Part shown: one piece after another, positions 1 through 12,409 of the stretch
Position numbering within the stretch: position 1 is the stretch's first letter
How the letters are laid out: every line of letters begins with the position of its first letter
Assembly: GCA_023213395.1 (NCBI GenBank)
Contig: CM041465.1
Coordinates: 21,638,001 to 21,702,000 of the forward strand
Origin: Cycas panzhihuaensis
Lineage: Eukaryota; Plantae; Cycadophyta
DNA: 64,000 nucleotides
Reading direction: 5' to 3'
The notes under the pieces: model-generated
Database searches by the model: none
Told to the model about the DNA's origin: nothing
Seen by the model: the letters and a program-made list of their open reading frames with translations, nothing else
Translations under genes and position numbers: made by a program

Positions 1-1450
1 TGAGGAGAGGTGCCCTGGACGGTCAAAATAGACTCGTCAGGGAGAGAGTCATCAATGGGAATGCCGCTTGTGTTGGGAATGGGGGCATCTTCTAACTGCT
101 CTGCAACTATCATTCCTTTTTTTGACTTCCTATTAATGACTTGAGGGTTAAACTCTTGAAACAGGACAGCCCAACGGCCTGCCCTACCTATCAAGTCTGA
201 ATGAGTAAGTAATTAATGTAAGGGATCAGATTGGATGATCACCTTGGTAGTATTATCGAGCAAGTAATGCCTGAACTTCTTAGTCGCGTGGACCAAGGAG
301 AGACATTCCTTCTCGGTGGGAGGATAATTGAGTTCAGCAGCCATGAGGGTGTAGCTGATAGAATAGATTGCTCTCTCAGTTCCTGAATTGTCCTCATGTG
401 TGAGCATTGCGCCCAAGGATTCATCGATTGCTGAGGTATACAAGATGAAGGGCCTATCGAAATGAGGAGGAGCTAACATAGGAGCAGAAGTGAGAGCTTC
501 CTTGAGTCCTGCAAAGGCTTATTGGGTCTTGTCAGACCAAACAAACGGGGCTTCTTTCTTCAATAGGTTGGTAAAGGGTTTAGCATTTATAATGAAGTCT
601 TCCAAAAAATGCCTAAGGAAACTGAGCCTACCTAAAAATGACTTGATCTGTCATTAGGTTCTAGGAGGCGGCACGTCAAGGATTGCCTTGACTTTGTCCA
701 GATCGATTTAGATTCCTTGCTTTGATATAAGGAAACCTAGGAGTTTACCTAAGGTGACAGCAAAAACGCATTTAAGCGAGTTTAGACTAACATGATACTT
801 ATAGCATCGTGTGAAGATGGCCCACAAGTCAAAGGGATAATGGGCTCTAGTATGTGAGAGACCCATCATATCATCCATGAAGACCTCTAATGTGTTGTTG
901 ATAAGGTCATGGAAAATGAAATGCATGGCCCTTTGATAAATAGCACCTACATTTTTAAGGCCAAAGGGCATTGCCTTGTAGGCAAAGATACCCCATGGTA
1001 TAGTGAAGGCTATCTTATGGTGGTCTTCAGGAGATATTCGGATTTAGTTGTAGCTAGAAAAGTCATCCATTAAGGATATGACTTTGAATCCAGCAGTTCG
1101 ATCGATTATTTGATCGATAAAGGGGAGTGGGAAGTTATCTTTAGGACATGTGTTATTAATGTCATGAAAATCAATGCATATCCAAATGGTCCCATTCTTC
1201 TTGGCAATAGGAACAATGTTTGATACCCACTTAGGGTAATCGATGGAAGAGATAAGTCCTACATCTAAGAGTTTTTCAACCTCCATCTTGACAGTGGCTG
1301 AAAGTTTGGGATGAAGAGGATGCTACTTCTAGCACACAGGGTGAGTGCCAGGAATAGTTGTGAGGTTGTGGGTGATGATGGAGGGGTCAATTCCCTTCAT
1401 GTTGAAGTAGTCCCATGCAAAACAACCCAAAATTCCTAGAACAGAAGGGA
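1..1450 (-). pseudogene. pol: Gypsy reverse transcriptase plus RNase H (stops and frameshifts)
   Basis: ORF fragments 1044-1286, 708-971 and 213-479 carry canonical RT and RH motifs. Confidence 0.92.
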
Positions 1451-2272
1451 GTATTCCCTTACTTCATCGGGGGTACATTCTGCCCCTACCTTAATGACCT
1501 TACGCAGGGCAAGGACTATGTCCTGAGTTGCCCCCATACACATGGCATTCCCCTCTTTGAAATAGAGCGGGGTAAGATCAACAGGAGGAGACAGAACAGA
1601 GGATGAGATCGGGTCAGCTAACGTAGACCCAATCACAAGGATCTTTTAGTGGCCAAGCTTATGATGACTAGAAGGTAAGTTGGGCATGGAGCTCGCTAAG
1701 TGCTCCTGCAAGGCCTCATCATCTTCGAAGTAGTCCACCCTATGGATGACTTGACTTTGAATGGACGATGTGCGGGATGAAATAGGAGCAATAGAACTAG
1801 GATGACCTGCAAGTTACCCAACATCCCTAAGGGACTCTAAGGGAGAGTCGAGGAGAGACCCCTCGTAAGAGGTAGGATGGAAACTCTCGATGCCATCACT
1901 TGTGAAAGGTGATGGAAGGGGAGAGCCAGGGATCTGCCAGTCAACACATGCGATGGTATGTGACATGAGAGAGTGATCGGGCTCTACGACAAAAGGGATC
2001 CTAGGTTGAGACCTAGAATGAGAAGAATGTGCCCCACAAGTGCAAAGGAAAGAAACCGGGTGAGGAAAGTCCTCATCCTCACTATGGGACCCATCGTCAC
2101 TAAACATGGTAAGGTATCCATAGCTTCCAATGCTGATGGGGGCAAAATGGGTTAGACCAGAAGAAGAAGATGTGGGATCTTCTTTATGGCTAGAAGAATC
2201 AGGAATACCGATGGAGCAAGCTGAGGCGTGATTAGAAGGGCATGCACTTCCCTTTGTATGGCTATGGCTTGC

Positions 2273-2700
2273 TTAAGTAGATGGTCTAGTTTGTTTCACT
2301 CGTGGTTGCTCGCGGGAGATAACTCTTATTTGTCCATTATGGACAAACTTAAGTTGCCCCCAACGGGTGGAATACACAGCTCCCATTTGGTCAAGCCATG
2401 GTCGACCTAAGAGGAGGTTATAATCAACATCCACATCAAGGACAACAATGTCGGCAAGGATAGTCTTATCCTCAAGGGTGAGAGGTATCGAGACAGATCC
2501 CAAGGGAGTCTTCTCGCTACCATCGTAGCCTTGACATTGCCATGGAACAGGTTCTAAGGTAGAAATACCAAGCTCTTACATGACATGTAAGGGCATGGTA
2601 TTCATAGAAGAACCGTTATCCACGATAGTCCTTCACAATGTACAATCAGGTGTGTCTATGGTAATGGTGAAAGGGAAGTTCCATTGGTGTTCCCTTCCAC
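2273..2700 (-). pseudogene. Gypsy aspartic protease
   Basis: Manual translation gives TIVDNGSSMN at ~2600-2630; YNLLLGRPWL is in ORF 2273-2503. Confidence 0.85.
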
Positions 2701-3639
2701 TAGTTAGGGGAAGATCTTTAGGATTAAAGGATGATGGGTTCATGACTTTAGGTGGTACCTAAAGCATGAACAGGTACGTCATTCAATCCTAAAGCTTCTA
2801 GGAGGAGTGTTTATTGCTTGTGACAGCTTTTCAAGATGTCCATGATGGACATCCCAGCAGCCACAGTATGAAGCTCTTCAACTATGAAAAAAGGCTTGCC
2901 CTTCCCTGTGGGTTGGGTAAGGGCTCTACTAAAGTCAAAGTGACTGGGGCGAATGGGAATGTTCTTGGGAAGTGAAGGTATTTCTGGAGGAATAGCTTCC
3001 GGAGGAGGATTAAGGTATGATGTAGATGTAGAGGCACCAGTCGCCTCTTTAATAGCTTAAGACCGAGTTAAGGCATAAAGGGGAGTGGTCTCAAGCATCT
3101 GAGTTACCTTCTTTCCTTTATTATAGGATCGCGAAGGCAAAGGAGTATAGTGATCAGGGGAACGCGAGGAGGATGATAAATCTCATACACCCTTCCCTCT
3201 ATCGTGCGAAGGGTGAGAATCAAGGGATCTACCCTGGTTCTAGTTGTTTCTTTGTTGAGCATTACGATTACGCTCCCCATGTTTGGGGAACATATCCTTA
3301 TGAATGGGTTGATTGAGATTGGTCCTCGAGGCTTGTCTGAGAGATGAATCACATGGCAGGGCGTCACGAGGGTGTTGCACCTGATAACACAAGTCATCAT
3401 GGAAGCACTTCCCATGGATGGAGTACCACTTCTTCTCAAGCGGAGGATCAACTTTCCTCGCTTGAGAAGGTTGGGTAATACCCCCTTTGGGGGGAGTAGC
3501 TTGAGAAGCCTATTGAATTTATTTATTGGAGGTTGGCGATGAAGGGACTTGGAGTTTAAGCTCCTTCATCGTACGCTCAAATGAGCATATGGCAGAAGTA
3601 AGGGGGTCTAAAGTCCTCTCAATCGGGTGAGAAGTAGAC

Positions 3640-5240
3640 CTAGTGCATTACGAGGGTTTAGTTTCCTTAGTTGAGGAAGGTACCTCACGACGTTATGAGG
3701 GCTTAAGAGGCTTCTTGAGTCCGGCTTGGATCTCAATAGCCTCTAACGCTAAGCATTTCATGATCGTAGAGTCGCATGTGGTTGCCTCCATTTTGAGGAC
3801 TTCCACATATACTTCGGGGTGAAGTGCATTAACAAAAAGGTCTCTCTTTAGCTCCTTAGGTAACGTGGCCTTAGTGGAGTGAAGAAGGTCATGGAATCAT
3901 CTCATAAAGTCACGATTCATTTCATCGTGACCTTGTTTTAGTGATAAGAGGGATTTCATTCTGCTCTTAAATGGATAGGCTATATCAAAATAGTTGATGA
4001 ATTCGTCCACCAATTGCTAGAATGAAAAGATAGAGTGGGCAGGGAGGCAATAGAACTATTTAAGGGTATCGCCCTATAAAGATCGTGGAAACAGTTTCAT
4101 TAAAATATGGTCATAAGGCCAGTAGTCTATACACGCCATAGAAAAATTATGCACATATTCAGTTGGGTCTTATGACGAAGTTCTGTCAAATTTGGGAACT
4201 TCAGGAGGGTGAGGCGGAAGATTAGTTCTTAACACCTCAATGGATAGCGGCATTAATCTATAATCCATAAAGGGACGTGCCCTTACATGGGTCGTAGGGT
4301 TGATAACTGACAACGAGCAAGGAATAGATGGGTGTGGTAAACCCATCCCTCCTTAGGGAAACGCCCCTTGTTGGAAGGGGGCTTAAGAATAAATGCCTTG
4401 GAAGGGAGCTAGGTTCCCTTACGAAGGCGTAGTAAAAGAAGCCATGCTGGATGATAGAAATAGGGGATGTGGGACTGGATTCTGCCCATATGGGCCACCT
4501 ATAGGTGATGTAACCCCATACGGGTGTAGCGGGTCCACCCCATAAGCTAGAAGATGGTTCCCCTTACCCTGCCCCCAAGGTTGAGATGCATAACTTGGGG
4601 GTATGTAAAGGGAAGGACCATTTGATAGGTTTTAAACATATGTAGAAGCAGGTCCCATATAGTTAGTGGCAGTAGTACTAGTAGGACCTCTAGGCCTACT
4701 AGGGAATGCATGTGCCACATTTGGGGGTGGCACATTCGCTTGGCTTGGAAAAGGTATGCTAACCCCAAGCTGGGGAAAAGACACACCGCAAATAGGTCCT
4801 GAAGAACTAGGACCATGACTAGGAATAGAGGGTGTGACACTTGTCCCCAAAGTTTGTGTAGAAACAAAGTGGGATGAGTGCACAGGAATAGAAGGATTAC
4901 TTACCATGGGAGGCATAAGTGCGGATGAAGGAGGTGCTCTACCACGCAAAGCTTCTTCAAACCACCTGGGACGTGCTTGAAGGTGAGTCACTCGAAAGTA
5001 CTCACTTATAGCTTCAATCACATCGGTAGGAGGGGTATCTTCGTAACTATAAGAGGTTGATGGGACCTCAAATGATGGAGACCCCTCAGGGCGCTCCTCA
5101 TAAGAATCACCAATTGAATGGTGAATCTCATGAAGAGGCGAGCCTTCTACTGTATGAGTAGAAGGATAAATGTTGGAGGGATGAGGCTAGTCACTTGGGT
5201 AATAAATGGGATCGTCACCCTCTTCGGTGGATCCCGGAAT
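3640..5240 (-). pseudogene. gag: Gypsy gag (Pro/Ser-rich N-terminus plus retrotransposon gag core); limits approximate
   Basis: Manual translation: EVPKFDRTSS*DPTEYVHNF...LMKLFPRSL*GDTLK*FYCLP...F*QLVDEFINYF...LKQGHDE...FVNALHP. Confidence 0.8.
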
Positions 5241-5670
5241 GGATACGGGAAACCCTTAAGTTCCTGAGACCAAAGTGTCGTAAGCCCAATCAGAATGGTA
5301 GCCCTCCATTATTAAATCAGAATCTGATGATAGAAGGGAGCGATATGAAGGGTCTTCTAACAATGGTGGCAGACCTCACAAATGAGAAATATCACATGTA
5401 ACACCTTTACAAAAGTTGTTAGAAGAGAGCAAAGGGTATGAAGCACACGTTGGGGGCTGCCTAATAGAAAAGAAAGTCAAGAAGATCACCTGAAAGCAAT
5501 AGAACCAATAGGAAGAGTGGCAAGACTAGCTCTTGTGAAACGCATCTACAGGGTGGTCTCCTACGTTTAGTAAGATGTGGCTAGCTAAGATGTAGTTGGG
5601 CTATGAGTGGGATCTAACGGTAAGAAAAACACCACGCAGGGCATCAGTGCACTGAAGCACGGATTCAGGA

Positions 5671-5687
5671 CCTACAGATGGTGCCCA
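5671..5687 (-). promoter_or_regulatory. Primer-binding site, degenerate tRNA-Lys type
   Basis: Minus strand reads TGGGCACCATCTGTAGG, close to the Tat-type PBS TGGCGCCGTCTGTGGG, and lies 2 nt after a CA that would end the LTR. Confidence 0.6.
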
Positions 5688-5689
5688 CT

Positions 5690-8173
5690 TGCCTTCGGGC
5701 AATCTTAGGAGAGGCACGCAAGGTGAGGCCTTGGGTCATCCCAAAAGGAGAGGCCCTCCTACCCCTTGGATGGCCAGGAAGAGGAAGAGGGATCCTAAAG
5801 AGTTACGCCTTCTCAAGAGAGGGAGAAGGCAACGTGTGGGTAAATGTGTGTAGTATGGTATCCTACATGTGGGCTAGTTGGGGAAGTGAGGAATGGATAA
5901 CTCACGTCCAAAGAAAACTACCTACATGTGATATAAACAACTATAAGTAAAAAAAGACACACAAATACAAGGATGAGTTCTTTTTCTCTTTTTCGTTTCC
6001 TATATGTTTTACCATGCAAACATATGCATGAAAGAAAAATGCTGTAGGAAAGGATAAAAAAGAAGAAGAAGAATACCTAGAAACGTAGTGTGGTCAGAGT
6101 ATTGCGACCTTTGATTCTTTGCATGCTCTCCCACTCAAACTTGTCACGTAGGTAAGAGACTAGCCGACGACGGTTACCATAAGCGATCAAGGGGCTATCT
6201 TACCTTCCCCAAACATGCAAAAGAAACAAAGCAAAGCAAGGATAGCAAAAAGGAAACAGAGAAATACTACTAACAAGAGGCTAACCTGGCAATGAGTTTA
6301 CCTCGTGCATATTTCTGTTATCACAAAGCCTGCCAATCACAACATGAGAGTTTCTCCCTCTCGGAAGAGGGGATGCCAAATATACCTAATATATGTATAT
6401 GTAAATATAAAAAACTAATATCAAATCAAGCCAAAGAAATGTTGCACACTACTCCAAAACTCTAAGCAAACCACAAGCAAGTAACAGCACCAAACGGTAT
6501 CCAAAATAAAGGAGTTAGCCTTAGAATGGCCAACTGACCCATAAGTATCTCCACGTAGCCTCAAGGGAAGGAAAAATAAAGTGTACTAGTTGTATGGGAT
6601 AGCAAGCAAGAGAGGAAATAGACCAGTAGAATGATATACAAGCACACCCAAGAGATGAAGTGCTATGAGCAGCAAATCGTCTAGTTGGGATGGGCTAAGG
6701 GTCACAGACCAACCGGGAAGGGTTTTGGGGCTTATGTTGTGCCCAAAACTAGCAAGTGCAGGTCTGAAACCAGCATGGCAAGGGGTTGCTAATGCTATTT
6801 CAGATCTAGAAATAGACTCTCAAAATCCCTGGCCCAGCTCCAAGGGAGGCATTAGGTGAAAGAGGAAGGAAGGAAAGGGTCTGGACCCTTAGGGAGAAGG
6901 CCAACAAGGGGGACTGACCCCGCCTTTCTCCCTTCACCCTTCCTTGTGTAACCCTCTTGCACAGCCACCTTGAAGTGGACTTACAGGAGATGAGAGAGGG
7001 AGCACTGTAAAATAGGGACAATGAACAAGTTCTTATAGGATGCAAAGCCAAGAGCAATAAAATAACTGAGAACTATTCAAAAAAGGGGGAGAAAAGTATG
7101 AATCTTAGAGAAAACACTAGAGAGGTACCTTGCAACAGGAAGTAGAAGCTTATTCCTACCAAGAATTAGGAGAAAAAGCCTGTGTTTGACAGGTTTTTTA
7201 GTTTGGCCTGAAGAAGAGGCAACTGTGGGAGCACAATTGAGATCTTGGAACCTTAGAGCTTACTTTGAAGAGTTGCTGTGAGTATTCCTTTCTCCACTAT
7301 GTAAACCTACAAAGAGAGGGCCTGAGCTGCTGGAGTAGGGCCTGAGATGCAGCAGGTGTCCTTATTGAAAGAGCACTAGAGCTAAAGAGTAGGTCTTCTA
7401 GCAGTCCTAGAGAGAGAGCTGTAGTAGTGCAATCCAAAAAATAGATGAAGAAGAGACCTAAATGACTTATATTTTGGGCTTTATATTCCCCTTAACCCTA
7501 AATAAGCATTTAGGGTTACAGGGAGATGAATAGGCACAGACGCCACATGGCAGTTCCGTGAAAAGGGTGGGAACTGCTACGATTGTTTTTAAAAAATAAT
7601 TTCAAACAGTCACACCATGGCAAACTTCGCAGTACCGCGGTAAATATTGTGGTACCGCTAAGTTTACAGCGGTGCAGGCCTACAAGCTAGAATTAGGGAA
7701 GAAATAGGGCCTAAAGCCACACAGAGGGTATGTTGAGGCTAGAAAAGGTGGAAATTCTTGTCCAGGTGGTTGACAGGTGGCCAGAAGAGAGGAATGGGTC
7801 TCAATGGGGGGTCCTATCATACTTAGAAAGAGAATCAAAGTAGAGACAGGATGTTATCATAGACGAGACGTGACTAACTGAGGTGCTCGAGGAGCTGTGG
7901 AGATGTTATAAGCAGTTGAGTGCCATATGGAGTGCATGACTCGCTAAGGAATGCCCCCATGGTGGGTCATCATAGGCTGAGTGGTGTGCGGCAGGCACAG
8001 ACAATGTGATCAGGCAAGAAAGTAGTGCGATCACACAAATGATAGGCAAGCATGTGTCAAGCAATACACTAAGCAACCTCGACTAAGCAAAAGTGAGGAT
8101 GGGAGTGAGAAGCATATACCTGAGCTTACCTGAGTTGACTCATCCCAAATCCATTCCCAGTAGCCAGGAAACA
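5690..8173 (-). repeat. 5' LTR (~2.5 kb) of the Tat element
   Basis: TG...CA ends. The 5' end TGTTTCCTGGCTACTGGGAATGG is shared with copies starting at 25806, 32124, 57127, 58542 and 60138. Confidence 0.75.
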
Positions 8174-11100
8174 CAACCCTTTTCTCATAGTTAGTGTAAA
8201 TCTAACCAACCTTTATAACTTGTACACTTAGATATATGCATTCCTATGTCCATCCCTTCTCTCAAATATAAGTGGTACTATATTATTTTCATTGATGATT
8301 TTACCAAGAAAGTATGGGTTGCTTTTCTTGTAAAGAAAGATGAAGTTTTTTCTATGTTTCAAGCTTTCAAGGCCTGTATGGAAAATGAATCTAGATTCTA
8401 GATCAAAATACTCAAGACTAATAATGGTGGTGAGTACACATCCAATAAGTTTGAATCGTACCTATGTCAACATGGAATCAAACATTAGACCACTATTGTA
8501 GGTACACCCCAATAAAATGGAGTTACTGAGCACATGAACATGACCATCATGAACATGGCTCGTGCTATGCTAGTATATAAGAATATCGCTATCTATCTTT
8601 AGCCTAAGGCTATATGGACTGTTGTGTATTACATCAACACTATTAGTCCCTCCAAGCTTGGCCCCTTTTTATATGAAATATGGTATGGACAAACCCCCTT
8701 TATCTCCCACTTCAAAATTTTTGGCTCTACTTATTATGCTCACATTCTAGAGGAAAATAGAAATAAGCTCTAAGATAGAGCCATCAAAGACATCCTTGTA
8801 GGATACCCTATGGACAAAAAGGGGGTACACGGTTTTCATACCTTCATAGTATAAAATCATCATAACTAGAGATGTTATCTTTATAGAGACTGAAGATTAA
8901 TTACTTAGACTTGACTCCAAGATGCCTACATAATGATTTAATGATGATACTAAATTTGATGTCCAAATTCCAAAATTTAGGGGGGGAGATGCTCAACAGT
9001 TGCTCAAAATCTTAGAATATGATAATAGATCACCTAAGGATACAAGTTGTGACTCCCAGCCAATGTGTATATATTTAGCACCATTATTTACGAACAGCCA
9101 AGTTAACAAAGGCAAATCCATAGCAGAAGGATCATCTTCTCGAACATCTGTGGCTAGCCCATCTTCTCCAATATTGTCAACTTCCTCCATGCTAAACATT
9201 TCACATGATCCTTTTCAGGATTAAAACAAATACCAAGAGGCTGTAGAAATGAAAACCTTATTCCCAACTTGAAGTTTTTGTGAAGCCTAACAGCTACACA
9301 AGGATATGCGACCAGATGAGGTAGGCAAAATTGGTACTAGAAGTTCCCATAGAGCAAGGATGCATGAATCACTTTCCATTGAGCTTGAATCAACAAAATT
9401 GCACCTTGCTCTTAATAAAGAGCCTATAACATATCAAGAAGTTGTAAAGCATGTAACTTGGAGAAATGCCATGAACAGAGAGTACCAATCTCTTATTAAG
9501 AATGGTACATCAGAGCTTGTTGATATACCATTTAGAAGAAAGGTAGTTCAAAACAAATGGATGTTAAAAAATAAGTACAAATCATATGGCACCCTAGAAA
9601 AATACAAGGTGAGGTTGGTAACAAAAGGATTCACACAAAGGAGAGGCATCAATTACACTGAAATCTTTGTTTTTATAACCAAGTGGCCTACAATCAAAAC
9701 TCTTATAGCCTTGGTTTCTTAATAGGGTTGAAAAATCCACCAACTTGATGGTAAAACTGCATTTCTCAATGGGGACCTTAAAGAAGAAATTTACATGGCT
9801 CAGCTAGAAGGAGACGAGATTATCGGTCAGAAGCATAAGGTTTGCAGCCTTAGAAAGTCCTTGTATGGATTAAAGCAATCCCCTAGTTATTAGTTTACTG
9901 AGTTGTTTGAAAGAATGAGGCAGCTTGGATATGAGGTTTATGACTATCAAGATATTGATGTAACATTATTTATTAAGTGTGCCAAAATGATAAAAGTCAC
10001 TTACCTCTTAATCTTTATGGATGATATGCTAATAACGGGGAATAGTAAATAGGTAATCAATCAGCTGAAGAAGGACCTTACTAAAACTTTTAAATTGTCT
10101 GACTTCAAATTGATGAAATATTACTTAGGAACTAAAGTAACTCAAAAGAATTATAAAATCTTTCTCTCCCAAGAAAAATATATCAACGATCTTCTGATAA
10201 AGTTTTAGTTGGAAGGTGCTCGACTAGTGGATACACCTATGGAACCTAATATTAAACTCTCAATTGATGGTGACACAAGGGAGGCAAATGCAATACTCTA
10301 TAGGTAACTTGTAGGTAGTCTTATCTATACTACTAACACAAGGCTAGATATTACATACTCTGTTAGCATTCTTACAAGATTCATAACAAATCCTAAGTAG
10401 AATCATTGGAAAGCTACAATACGAGTGGTGAGGTACCTAAAGATGACCAACAAATATAGTATGTTGTATGAACCCAATGAAAAATTTAAACTTTATGCAT
10501 ATACATACTCAGACTTTGCCAAAGATAAAGACACAAGAAGATCTACGTCTGGGTATATAACATTTCTTAGAATAGCACCAATATCATGGATATCCAGACG
10601 GTAGAATATAGTTGTATACTCAACTGTTGAAGCTAAATATATTGTTGCTTCTGAGATAAGCAAGGAGGTGACATGGCTTAGAAAATTATTGAATACATTA
10701 AATGCCACCTAAACAAGTTCTACTAGCCAACATATAGGTAATCAATCTACAATCCAAATGGTTAAAAATCCTGTATTTCATAATCATACCAAACATAAGT
10801 ATGAAAGTCCATAGGATTAGAGAATTAGTTCATGATGGCAAAATTCAACTGGAGTACTACCTCATAACAGATCAAGTGGTCAATATCTTCACCAAACCAG
10901 TAAAGAGAGTGAAGTTTGAATAGTTCCAAAAGGAACTCAGCCTTAGGGCCTCTGTCTCTAACTAATTGAAGGAGATGATAATAGGACCATCATACTCAGT
11001 CTCATTTGTGAAAATCCCTTATGGGTGCATAAGGACAAGAGTATGTCTCTACTCTATCCCATTCGTGAAAACCCCTTGTGGGCATAAAAGGATAAGGGTT

Positions 11101-11698
11101 GTATCATTTTAGAAAATTAAAACCTATGAAAACCTGAAAAGGCATGGGGGATGACCAAATGGTATATGGAGACTCACTAGATTTTAGCTATAAAATGCAT
11201 TGTATTGATTGACTATCTAGCTTTATTTAAAGAGCTACCTAAGCTAGGTTAGTAAATTAGAAAATATATGGGTTTTCTTCGCCATAAGGGTTTCCCATAA
11301 AAGTGCCATAGTAGTTTGCTTTGTAAAAATCTCAAATGAAGACCTCATAGGATAGAATAAAATAGGATGAAATGACCTTCTACCATTAAGGGGGAGATTG
11401 AAAAGGGTTAATGTCACAAGGTCATTACATTAGTTGATTATTTCTAAAAAGGGTCTTAAGTGAGCTTTAAATTAGATCACTTGAGTGAAATGCACTTTCA
11501 TGTTCATTATGTATAAATTTATTTTACCTAACTCCAATGCTCTCTCTCTTAATATAAAAGTAAAAGCTTAATGGAGGAGGCTCATTTATACCTCCCCATT
11601 TTGTGAGAACTACTTTCTTTCTTTTAAATCTCTCTTGTTCCTATGTTTGTTAGGTGTTTAGTGCATGGAGATGAAGGATAGATCCACGCTTTTTAACA
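8174..11698 (+). mobile_element. Ty1/Copia LTR retrotransposon, 3' part (INT-RT-RH-PPT-3'LTR), decayed
   Basis: INT LVHLDIC...YYIIFIDDFTKKVWV...TNNGGEY...TPQ*NGV; RT EPITYQE...KYKVRLVTKGFTQ...KSLYGLKQS...FMDDML; RH YSDFAKD...RRSTSGY...STVEAKY. PPT TTAAGGGGGAG at ~11386-11396. Confidence 0.93.
11398..11698 (+). repeat. 3' LTR (~300 bp) of the Copia element
   Basis: Follows the PPT and ends TTTTAACA; the sequence after 11698 belongs to a different (Tat) element. Confidence 0.65.
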
Positions 11699-11969
11699 TG
11701 TACCTCCTCTTGTCCCAATAGGATATAATGTTCACCAGTAATCATTGATCTTATATATACTATGAGGTCCTAATCACCTTCAATAGCCTGCAGTGCCTTA
11801 GAATGGTCCTCTCCTATCTGGTCATCATCTCTATAAAACTCATCATTGCCATCCTTCTGTTCTTATGGTTATCAACTATAAGAATAGCCTACAAATAATA
11901 AACCATCAATCAAAAACCTATCTGTGCCTCACTACCATGTATCATTCCTCCCTTTGGATGGTTAGAGCC
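11699..11969 (-). pseudogene. N-terminal fragment of the antisense Plant Mobile Domain ORF of a plus-strand Tat copy (continues at 23712)
   Basis: The reverse complement aligns by eye with 62250-62510 (ATGATGAGTTTTATAGAGATGATGAC...GGCTATTGAAGG vs ATGATTAGTTTTATCAAGATGATGAC...GCCTATTGAAGG). Confidence 0.75.
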
Positions 11970-12335
11970 TATGTGTTATACCTAAAATCTCATAAGGAAC
12001 AAGCACAAGGATCAATTAATTACAAGCATTCATTAAGTACATAGCCTTATGTGAGAGTACAAGAACCATAACCATTGCATTATGATGGGTCTCTTTGGTT
12101 CTCTCACAACCAGAGCTAACCCAAAATAGTACATATATAATGGATCTTATAATAGACACATAATTACGACTAACTTCCTTCTGTATGACAGCAATCACAG
12201 TGTTGCAATTTTTTCCTAGAAAAATTCTCTCTTATTTACATCCTTTACATCGTAATATTTATGTTTACTATGATCTAAGTTAGTTGTAACTACTACAAGT
12301 ACAAATAAAAGGTTGCAACTTAACTACCACACATA
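11970..12335 (-). repeat. 3' LTR
   Basis: Direct repeat of 23346-23706 (CATAAGGAACAAGCACAAGGATCAA...TAACTACCACAC), differing mostly by transitions. Confidence 0.92.
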
Positions 12336-12409
12336 TATCTCCCTTCAGAAAACTTACAAGTGTTCTTGCTTGTAAGCTTAATTTAACAAAGAAAGAAACA
12401 TAGCAATTT

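Larger units (their letters stand above)
1..8173 (-). mobile_element. Ty3/Gypsy LTR retrotransposon, Tat (OTA) clade, 5' part (LTR-PBS-gag-PR-RT-RH), decayed; runs off the left edge; inserted into a Copia integrase
   Basis: Minus-strand order gag, PR, RT, RH. RT motifs WVSNIVPIAKKNG...CIDFHDIN...PKDNFPLP and MPFGLKN...FMDDM; RH NYPPTEKECLSLVHATKKFRHYLL. LTR starts TGTTTCC at 8173 and Copia INT codons begin immediately at 8174. Confidence 0.92.

Noticed and set aside
5673-5690. Plus-strand LTR end plus PBS (TACA-GA-TGGTGCCC)
   Set aside because: No plus-strand gag follows; it reads better as the minus-strand Lys-type PBS upstream of the minus-strand gag.
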